Source: a virus
Lineage: Duplodnaviria > Caudoviricetes
Strand: one strand, 5' to 3'
DNA length: 34,443 bases
Virus record (IMG/VR): IMGVR_UViG_3300037991_001546
Coordinates: 1-34,443 of that record
Below, one piece after another: positions 8,586 to 19,000 of the stretch. Positions within the stretch are counted from its first letter, which is position 1; each line of letters begins with the position of its first letter. Under the pieces are notes generated by a model that did no database searches, was not told where the DNA came from, and was given only the letters and a program-made list of their open reading frames with translations. The translations under genes and the position numbers were made by a program.

Positions 8586-8834
8586 ATGAATTTCTTAAAA
8601 TACATAATTGACTTTAGAAACTTCTCAACTAAAGCTATGGGATTTGAAGCACACCATTATGGTGTTAGATTATTCTATATATTTAGTTTAGGAGTTAACT
8701 ACATGCCATTGCAACATGCAACCAGACTAACATTCTATGTTAGATTATTCAATAGATTAGAATTTGAGTGGGCCATAGTAATATGGGAAGCACTTGAAAT
8801 GAATCAAGAAATGGTAGAAATGTATGACGCATAG
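8586..8834 (+). CDS. hypothetical protein
   Basis: 82 aa, AAGGAG RBS. Confidence 0.65.
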   Translation: MNFLKYIIDFRNFSTKAMGFEAHHYGVRLFYIFSLGVNYMPLQHATRLTFYVRLFNRLEFEWAIVIWEALEMNQEMVEMYDA

Positions 8835-9201
8835 GAATAAAATACGTGGCAATAATTTAGAGCGTGAAATCGTCAATATCGCCAAAGAGGAGGGGCTCTC
8901 TGCAAAGAGGGCCTACGCCTCAGACGGAAGATCATTGGGCAAATCAGAAGTTGTAGATGTTATAGTAGAAGATTACTGTATACAATGCAAACGTAAAAAG
9001 AAAATAGCACAATGGTTATATCCAGATTACCATGGAGATGACGTAGATCTAGTTGTTACACGTATGGATCGAAAAGAAGCTTTAGTGGTTATGCCATATA
9101 AAAAGTTTATAGAATTAATAAAAAACGATAAAATGCCCCTATCAAAAGAAAAAGAACTAAGCATACTACGTTCTTTAGAAGATAGGGAGGAGGATATATG
9201 A
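8824..9201 (+). CDS. Holliday junction resolvase, Hjc-like PD-(D/E)XK nuclease
   Basis: KIRGNNLEREIV...AKRA...VDV...IQCK pattern of Hjc-type phage resolvases. Confidence 0.8.
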   Translation: MTHRNKIRGNNLEREIVNIAKEEGLSAKRAYASDGRSLGKSEVVDVIVEDYCIQCKRKKKIAQWLYPDYHGDDVDLVVTRMDRKEALVVMPYKKFIELIKNDKMPLSKEKELSILRSLEDREEDI

Positions 9202-9338
9202 TTATCATAGAACTTAAAGATGTATCTCAGTTAGTTGTTATGAAAAATGCTTTAGTCAATTACAAGAAAGCACCTTTCTTATCTAACACAGAACAAGAAC
9301 TAATCGAGAAAATACTTAATAACTTAAATAAACTGTAA
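9198..9338 (+). CDS. small hypothetical protein (46 aa)
   Basis: GGAGGAGG RBS, ATGA overlap with the resolvase stop. MIIIELKDVSQLVVMKNAL...NKL*. Not in the ORF track. Confidence 0.65.
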   Translation: MIIIELKDVSQLVVMKNALVNYKKAPFLSNTEQELIEKILNNLNKL

Positions 9339-9340
9339 TA

Positions 9341-9462
9341 TTATTGCCCTACATAATATGGCTTAAAAGGAGTCATGCAGGTAATCAACCCTGTTTACCC
9401 TTAAAAGCAAATACATCTGGATATTGGTTGGCAAACTAAATAAGATAATAGTAGGGCAATAA
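9341..9462 (+). ncRNA. candidate multi-stem structured RNA
   Basis: Perfect 12-bp closing stem TTATTGCCCTAC/GTAGGGCAATAA. It encloses hairpins ATGGCTT/GAGTCAT, GCAGG/CCTGT and TGGTT-GGCA-AACTA (GNRA-type loop). Confidence 0.5.
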
Positions 9463-9475
9463 GAAGGAGAAACAA

Positions 9476-9544
9476 ATGGAATTAATATTTGTATTTATAC
9501 TATCAGCTATAATACTTTGGGCAGTAAGTAGGTACTTAAAATGA
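9476..9544 (+). CDS. small membrane peptide (22 aa)
   Basis: AAGGAG RBS. MELIFVFILSAIILWAVSRYLK*. ATGA overlap with groES. Confidence 0.6.
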   Translation: MELIFVFILSAIILWAVSRYLK

Positions 9545-9801
9545 AACCCTTACGTAATGAAGTTATAGTTAAAGAGATAGTCAAAGAATCTAAAACTGAT
9601 TCAGGTATTATATTAGAAGACGACTATCACACATCTAGAGATAAAACAGTTACTGCTACAGTTACACACGTTGCAGATGCAGTTAGATCTGTAAAAGTAA
9701 ATGATACAGTACTTATTTATTCTGGTGGTTACAAACAAAATATCAATAATGAGGAATTAGTGTTTATGGACGAATCTGAAATACTAGCTGTATTACTATG
9801 A
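9541..9801 (+). CDS. groES: co-chaperonin GroES (Cpn10)
   Basis: MKPLRNEVIV...KTDSGIIL mobile loop...VKVNDTVL...ESEILAVL. Confidence 0.9.
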   Translation: MKPLRNEVIVKEIVKESKTDSGIILEDDYHTSRDKTVTATVTHVADAVRSVKVNDTVLIYSGGYKQNINNEELVFMDESEILAVLL

Positions 9802-10013
9802 AAAAGTTTACATTTAGTAATTGGGCAGAAAGAATATATGGAAAACAGATCCATGGCCCTAAGAAAGTAGTAGATAAACAATGGTCTTTAAAAGATGAAT
9901 ACCATCTTAATAAAAATAATTTGATATTTAAGAAAGATTTTCCACTAAAACGAATTTTAAGTGATTTATCTAAAGAAAATGACAAGTTAAAGAAAAAAAG
10001 TTTACGAGAATAG
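9798..10013 (+). CDS. hypothetical basic protein
   Basis: 71 aa, ATGA-coupled to groES; last gene of the + block. Confidence 0.6.
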   Translation: MKKFTFSNWAERIYGKQIHGPKKVVDKQWSLKDEYHLNKNNLIFKKDFPLKRILSDLSKENDKLKKKSLRE

Positions 10014-10040
10014 CCCTAGAAGCTCGTAAACTTTTTTTTT
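9993..10040. terminator. bidirectional rho-independent terminator between convergent blocks
   Basis: AAAAAAAGTTTACGAG (9993-10008) / CTCGTAAACTTTTTTT (10023-10038) is a perfect 16-bp inverted repeat with an A-tract 5' and a T9 tract 3'. Confidence 0.8.
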
Positions 10041-10094
10041 AGTAGTAAGTACCCAGTAAAAACCAATCACTTATTCTACCTATCAAATATTGCG

Positions 10095-13000
10095 TTAAAC
10101 GTCTTCAGCCTCTAAATTAGCTTCTATTTCGTCTAATTCAGTCTGTGCTTCAATTTGATCACGTCTTAAACTATGTATTCTATGTAATGGTATACCAGTC
10201 ATGAAGTCTACAGCCATAGCAGGACTTTGATACGTTCTATATAAATCTCTACCTAATCTACCAAATGGAAAATATGTTGCAAGTTGGAACTTATAAAAGT
10301 TTTCATAATCACCATTCAATATAGAAGTTATAGGAGGCAATATAAATCTTGCAACTGGTGGTGTAACAATTTGTAATGGTGCTAACACTTTACTAGGATA
10401 TTGATTAAAGAAAGCACGATCACGTTCTTCTGTATCACCAAACATCAATTGTGCAGTATCTTGCATCCATGACATTGGTGGTGATAAAGAATATTCAAAT
10501 ATACTAGCTACAAATATGTTAGCCATGGCTAATGCAAATAAATCAAAAGATACTTGTCTTTGAAATCTTTTACTTGCTATCTTAGTGTAATCAAAACCTA
10601 CATCTTTAGCATTTCTGTATATATCCATTCTTCTTCTAATACTATTCCAAGCATAAGGCTGGAATCTAGTAAGTACTCTACCTAAAGAAGTATTAGCAAA
10701 ATTAGGTCTTTCAGTAGCTTGATACAAGAACTGTGAAGCTTTAACACCTTCAAGAGAAAGTTTTATTAATCCAGGATTATTGAAAGACATTTTACTAGAA
10801 AATCCATCAGGAGTATTTAAAGTATTTTGTAAGTGAAATATCATGTGTGATAAGAATGTAGTACCTCTTAAGTGTCTTTCTGACTCTCTCATAAAGAAAG
10901 CACCCATATCTACAATAGACTCGTCAACTTTATATTCACGAATAAGATCCATCATAGTAGCATCTCTTAGTCTATCTCTACTTGTTTTAGTAACCATGTC
11001 ATAACCAGAGTTTCTAGCATCCATAAGTCTTTCACCAAACTCTTTTACTACCTTAAATGCATTCTTACGACCAAATACTTTTTCTATAGCTACTAATTGC
11101 AACTGAGTAGTATCAAATACACCAACACTACCATCCATCCAATTGAATATATCTTCTCTGGTTGTCATAGTTTTCTGTTCAATTTTTTTAGTGTCTGCAT
11201 TAAAAAACTCATATTTAGCAGTTTCCATTTGTCCAGTATCTTTGTTATACTCTCTAAATATGTTATTTAACATCCACTCAGTATTAAAAGACTTTCTTAC
11301 AGGATTTAAACCAACATCTGTAATTAAATTAGTATAACCACCTATAAAATTAGTAATTGGTGTTTTAGGTGCTGACAACAAACTAATTAATTCGTACTTA
11401 CCTTCTAAATTACTTAAGTATCTTAAGCCCTCATTCACTTGAGTTCTTTTTTGTGCAGGATCACTAGACAATTCACCAAATAACTTTGCACCAAATGCAT
11501 CATTAATAGTTTCCATTTTACGACCTACAGCATCATCACTAGTCATGTGGTATAAACTACCATATTTACCAGTTGTGTTGATTTGTGACAATAGCCGCTT
11601 CGCATTACGATTTATCTGCTTTATATACTCTGCATTGGCTTTAGTAACATTACCTCTATTTGACAAAAGGATGTTCGTCTTTTTTTGTGGAGATAACTCT
11701 ACTGCTTCTCTAAAATCATAAACTAAATCTAATTCTGCTTTTAATAAATTTAAACCTTTCGTTGAAAATTTATTATCTATAAATCTTTGATATAAAGGTA
11801 TATGTTTTTCTTGTATTCCATGTGTCTGTAAAGATCTATGTAAACTTAAACCCATCATGTTTAATCCAGCATCTCTTAAATACCCAGACCAACCTAATGC
11901 ATTAATATCATTTTCTACATTATTTACTTTATCAAATCTTTTTACAATAAGTTCAAGATTAATACCAGTAGTATTTGTTAAATGAGATTTTACTAAACCA
12001 CCAGCATATCTTCTTAATGCTTCTACATCCAATCTATAAAAAGGCATAACATAAGGACCTCTTTTATGCATATTACGATATGTATAATCTCCAATATATC
12101 TACTATCAGAAAGTTTATCTCTAGATAATAAATCATTTACTGTTATTTCATTAGCCATTTGTCCTTCTAATGCTGAGTTCATAAACTCTCTATTTTGTAA
12201 AGAAAGTTTTTCTGCTCTATATAGTTGTTTAGCCTCTGTAAAATTCAAAGGTCTACCTCTTTCTAAATCAGTAATTAACATTCTATTTGCAATATGTTCA
12301 GGTAGTTGAGATTTATCTGTTATAGTTTCCATTTCAGCATTTACTTTTCTAGTTAATTCTCTTTCAATTTTTTGAGCATTTTTAGAAATATCAGTATGTC
12401 CTACTCTAGGAAAATAACCTTCAGTAACTTTGTTTTGAAACAATTCTTTATAACTAGAATTTTTATTTAATCTATTTATAACTCTTTGTTTTAATTCTTT
12501 CTTTATTTTTGTAGGTAATTTTTCTGGTTTTGATAAGTCATAATTTTTATAAATTCCTTGCATTTCATCTCTTAATTTTAAATGATGTTTAAAAAATAAC
12601 ATATCATTATAAGATGGCATTAAAAACTGTGAAATCTCTCTGTTGTTAAATTGTCCTTCTATACTAGATCTTTTTAAACCACCTTCTCTAGTAGTATATG
12701 CTCCTTGATAATTCATAATAGAATCAAAGAAAGCTTTATATCTATCTTCTCTAAATATTCCAGTATTTTTATCTAAAAATATTTCTTCAAGTTTCATCAT
12801 TTCAAATTCTCTACCAAATGTTTTATCTGTTTTGAGTCTTTTAAATTCTTGCCCTGGTTTCCAAAGTTTAAAATCTTTATTCCAAGTACCTATGTGTAAA
12901 AAAGTTTCTTTAATATTTTTATGTCTAGATGCTATATAATTATCGTATACCCAATCTGTAAATGTTTTAATATCTTTTTTTAATTGTTGTGAAACAAATA

Positions 13001-16000
13001 CACTAGGTTTAACATTTTTACCTTTAAATTCTATTCTAGCTCCAGATTCATCTAACTTCTGAATTAATGCTTTAGATTCATTGTATTTTGTTTTTATATA
13101 ATTTTTACTTTCATAATCAATTTTTTCACCAGCTGGATATTTACCATTATTCCATTCTAAACTATTTACAGCATGTTCTTCAAGTAATTTTCTATGTTCT
13201 TGTAACGTAGCATCATCTTTTGTTAAATATTTAAACCAACCAGCATGTACTTTTTCTATATTATCTCTAGCTGCTTTTGTAATAGTGTCTGTAAAGTCTA
13301 CATGATTTTTCATTAAATGTAATGGTGACATAGGTTGTTTCATATATTCTGCTTTAATTTCACCGTTAGCCATCATTTTATTTTCTAGTATAGGTTGTAA
13401 TTCTAATTCACTCATAAATCCTAATCTATCACCTACTATGTCATAAAAATACATATGGTCTCTACCACGTGGTTTTTCTTTAAACTTACCATCTTTAGTT
13501 ATTAAATCTTTCATAGGAGTAAAAGATCTTTTTAATTGTCCTATAAAATTAACCATATCTTTACTATCCATAGTAGAAATATCTCTCATTACACCTTCAC
13601 CTTTTTTAGTAAATGCTGCAAAATAATAATCTAAATTAGGTAATACTTGAGGATATTCTTCTAATATTTTTCTAAATTCTTTTAATACAATTTCATTTTC
13701 AGGAGTAGTAGGCTCTAATATATTTTTATCTAATCTTTCTAGGTATTTATGTTGATCTTTAAAAACTCTTTTAATTGTTTTAACTGCTTGTTCTTTTTCA
13801 GTATTAGGATCTCGTTTACTTTCTTTAAACTTTTTAGCTAAATCTTTACGTGTTTCATTAGCTATTTGTCTTTTAGATGTTTTAACACCAAATAAACCAT
13901 CTACATCACTTATTATAGTTTCACCTATTTTTTTACCACTGCTATCGTTAATAACTTTAATTTTTACTTTTTGCTTTTGTATATCAGCTTCAACTTCTTT
14001 AGCTTTTTTACGAACTATTTTAGGTTGATTCATTGTATTAATATCAAGTATTTGATCTCCAGAAAAACTTTCTGTTAATGCTTCTATGTATGCTTGCGTT
14101 TTTTTAGGTACACGCATTTTTTTATTCATAGCCTCTAGGCCTTGTTCTATAATACCTTTTTTTAAATCTAATAAAGCTTGTCTATTTTCTGGAGTTACAA
14201 CTTTTGATCTGTCAAAAAACGGAACCCTATTGTATAATATAGCTTCTGCTTGTTCTCTTTTTCTTATCCATCTTTGCATCAATTCTGGATTTTGAGTAGC
14301 TCCCATTTTATTTGTATCATAATCTTTGTAAGAAACTTCAACTACTTGATCTTTATTTAAATTTTTAGTTGTTCCTTCTATAAATCTATTAGCATCACTT
14401 ATTATTTTAAACAACTGTTCTGTTGTTTTATTTTTCATTTCTTTAAATCTAAATCTAGGATTTGCTGATAAATATGAATCTATAATTAAATCAATATCTT
14501 TTATAAAAGGTTTATATGCTGGAACTTTTCTATATCTAGCACGTATTTTTAATAGTTCTTGATTAACCCATTTATAGTCTAATTTACCTCTTTCTACATT
14601 AAAGCCACTTCTATCTCTAAATACATTAGCACTATAGTAAAAAGATTCTTTAATACTATTTACTTGGGATTGTATATCTTTTACTAATGTAAATGCTTCA
14701 TCAACGCTTAGTTCTGTCATTCTGCTTTTACCTACTTTAGTAATAAATACATCAGATACATAATCAGCTACATTTAAATCTAAAGCATTGTGAAAATGTT
14801 GCTCTATGTTTCTAGTAGGAGTTAATGCTAAGGTGTTATATTTTTTATCACCAATAGCTTTTAATTCTTTAAATAAATGATTACCAGGTCTTTTTAAAGA
14901 ATATATAGCATCTATTTCATTTCTATAACCAGGTATTAATCCATACTTATCATAGTATTTACTATTTAATAATCTAGTATTTAATTCTGTAGTCATTTGT
15001 AATACAAAATCATATGGCTCTATAGCATTAGTATTTAAATGATCAAAACCTCTAGAAATAGATTTAATATAATCGAAAGACTGTATTCCCCAATCCATTC
15101 TAGAAGAAAGTTTTTGTGCTACATTATATGTTTGCAAGTCGTATCTAAAGTCTGCATTATTTACAAACTCATTTATAACTCTAGGTGAATTGTTTATTTC
15201 AGCAATAGTAGGTTGACCGTAAAGTAAATGATATGTCTCTGCTAAATTTTCTAATTCTCTTATTTTTGTTATATCAATATATTTAGTTTTCTTTTCTCTT
15301 GTTACTGGCTTTGTTCTTCTAGAAGAGGTTGCATCTCCCCATGAAATTTCTGATAATTTACTTACATTTTCAAAAACACCTTTTTCATTTTGAACTTGTA
15401 ATTGAAAATATCTACTCCAAGTTAATTCACTTAATGTAAAATTGTCTGGTACATTTAAATATTTAGGACTATCAGCATATCCGTTTTTAGCTTTTAAAGA
15501 TTCTACTTCAAATTGCTTTAAAAGTTTAAGGTAATCTTGTATATTAGTAGAGTTCATAATATTACCTTCTCCGTCTTTTAAAACTATTCTATGTTTTTTA
15601 ATTCCATCGTAATTTTTGTTAGTGTTTACTTCTACTAACATATAAGGAACTTCTCTTGAAGGTTCTGTAATTTTAGTATTAATAATTGCATCCATAACTT
15701 TTATTTGTCTATCTAATGCATTTACTGCACCACCCATAGCTTCTTTACCTATAAATGCACTTCTACCAGCCTCTATTCTTTTATATGGATCTATAATGTC
15801 TTTTAAAACGTCATTAGATGTTTTTGGTGCATACTCTACAAAGTATCCTAAATCTGTTAAAAACTTAGGAGGCGTTTCTAAATTAATTAAATTACCTTTT
15901 TCATCTCTTAAATAATCTCTATTATTTCTAAATTCTTTATTTAATTCTTTAGGTATATTATAATGTACAAATGCTTCGTCAAAATCATTATCTGCACCAT

Positions 16001-19000
16001 CCATGTAAAACTTTTCTTTTGCATTTACATATATACCTATACCTGGTTTATCAACAAATCCACCAAATTCAGGAACTCTAGCACCACTTACACCACTATT
16101 AGGAACACGCAACAATGTTTGTTCATTTAATACATTTTTAATATTTATTGCTTCTGTTTTAGTTAACTTAGTTAAACGTAACATATCCCAAGCTTGCCCT
16201 AATGTTTTTATAGCAGGTATTCCTTCTACTCTAACAGGTTTCGATCTAGCATCTCTACCTAACATCCATGCATTTTCACCAACACCAGTTGTTATTTTAT
16301 TAGGACCTTGATTTTCTCTACGTTGATGCACAGACAATTCTTCTGCATTTAATCCCATTAAAGGTGCTTGAAATCCTTGTGGATCTCTAGGTTTAACATT
16401 TCTAGTTACTATAAATCTAAATAAAGCTTTGTTTATGTAATCTTTATAAGGATGTCTACCAAAAACAAGAGGATCATAATTGTTCATGTTTAATATTTCA
16501 GAAATCTGATAATTTTCTTGAATAGCTTCTCTCATTGCTGAGTTTTGTCCAGGCTCCCACATAGCAGTACTTAAATCATTTTCATTAGCTTCTACTATCT
16601 TTTTTAATACTTTTTTAAATGTAGGGTTATTTATACCACCTCTAGTAGTATCATTTTTCATTTCTATAATTACTTCTTCAGGAACTCTAAAAACATCAAA
16701 GTCACGTGTTATTTCTTTTCCAGACCTAAAACTATTTATTAACTCTATACCTAACTGTGGATCTCCTTCATTACTACTACGTATCCACTCATTAACTTCT
16801 CTATCTAAATTTTCTGCACGTGTTGGGTCTTCTGTTCTAATTTTTGCCATAGAAACAGAATCGTATAATTGTTTACCAGGACTTATTCCTTTATTAAAAT
16901 GTGAAGAATCTTCTCTTACACCTAAATCTATATAAGTTTCATTCCAATTATAGTCTACTACTTCCTTTGGTGTTAATGGTTTATCTGTATAATACTCACC
17001 TTTTTTAGCATCCCATTTCAATTCTACGGCATTAAAATTACCTTTATTTGTTTTACCACCAGATTCATAAATAACGTGATGTATAGGAAATCCTCTTTGC
17101 ATTTGATCAAACATCCATTTGTCTAAAGCTTTACTTGCAATTTCAGAACCTATTTTATTTTTAAGTAAATTAACTCCGTTTCTAGGACCTCTAAAAAAAG
17201 TTAATTTCATTTTACCGTCTGTTTTATCTATGTAATATCTATTTGCCATAGATTTAAATACGTCAGATCTAACACTATGAACTGAATCAGTATTACCAAG
17301 CATTATTTCACCATGTACTTCACCTGGTATATCTTTTAAATAAACTACTCCCATTTTTTGTTTAGAGTCTGTTATTCTGTGATCTTTAGCATTCATAGGT
17401 ATATTAGTACCTATATCCATAGCTGCGTATTTATTATACTCTACTACATCTTTATAATTTAATTTTTGATTATTATTAGCACGTAATTCTGCTATTCCAT
17501 CTAAAATATTATCTACTTTTAGTTTACCATGCCCCTTTAAACCTCTTAAAGTGTGCTCTCTTAGCAAGTAATAGGTGTTAGCCATATATACCTGACGGTT
17601 TGTTTCTGTTATGTTCTTAAAACCTATTTTTTCTAATATTTTTATTTGATCTGTTCTAGATAAATAATTAGTCTCATTAGGGAATTTATCTTGTATTGGC
17701 AAAGGTTCTACTAAAACTACTCCTTTATCTTTCAAAGCTTTAGAAACATAGAAACCGTCTTTTATAAGCTTTGTATTTATAGCATCTAATGCTTTTTCAT
17801 TTAATGTAAATTCATATTCAGCTTTACCACGTGAATCTAGTTTAGTTCTATAACTATGAGTTAAAATTTTATCGTATTGTAATTTATATATACCTGGAGC
17901 ATCTATACCTAGTTGTTTTTTGCTAAACATAGTACCAGTACGTTTATCATACTGAACGTCTGATATAACATAAGACACATCTTCTATAGTACCTTTTACA
18001 TGTTTATCGTGTTTATTTTCACTTCTGTATTTAACTAATATAGTTCCATCTATATCTTCACTAGGAAATTTTTGTTTACCAAAACCTTCTTTAGAAGTAT
18101 ATCCCCCTTTAAAAGGATTTAAATCTTGAATACCATGGTCTGTTTGTTCTTCTAAATTCTTTTTTATTAATAAGCCTCTACCTAATTCTTGACGTATATT
18201 TGTAGGTAAAGTAATTCCATATTTTTCTATTTTTTGAAAAAACTCTATATCAGTTTTTGCTTTTTCTGCAATATTGTTTAAATCTAATTTAACTTTTGTG
18301 TAATCTAATTTACTGTCATTATTTAATAAATAGTTAATAGCAGTTTCTAAAGGTCTTTTTAATATTGTTTTAGATGACTGCTCAGAAGAAACAGCTTCAA
18401 TATTTTCATTAGCCATTGATATTTCGTTTTTATAATCTCCTAATCTTTCTTGTGCAAAATCTTTTGTATTTTTAGGTTGTTTCGGTATAGAAGCAACTAC
18501 TTCATTTGGATTATCTACATTTGCATCAAAAACTGGTTTTTGTACAGTTCCTTCTAAAGATTTGTCTACTACATAATCAACATAGTCTTCATAGTTTTTC
18601 CAAGTTTTATTACCTGGTACTCTATCATTACCATGTCCTGCAATATTTAATGTAGGTTTTTTACCTATTTTTTTTGTTACATCTTCTATAAACTGACGTA
18701 ATTGTTTTGCTTCAGCATCTGCTCTTTTTTTACTTGTTAATCCTTTTGTAATAATAATATGAGGTTTAAATCCTGCCATAAACCTACCACTAGACAATGT
18801 TTGTGACGATGAACCATTTTTCCATATACCTTCAGAAGCATAACCTATTGTTCTGTTTGTACCAGCACTTTTATCTATATGTTCTGGTCTTGCAAAAATT
18901 ACAGTTGCATCTGTATTCTCTATGTTTCTTATAGTTCTATTAGCATAATCTTCTGGAGCAAACTCTCTATCACCTCTTTCTGTTCTTCTAGTAATAGGTT

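Noticed and set aside
9341-9462. tRNA or known riboswitch
   Set aside because: No GTTCRA T-loop, no cloverleaf spacing, and no aptamer consensus I could recognise. Kept only as an unknown structured element.
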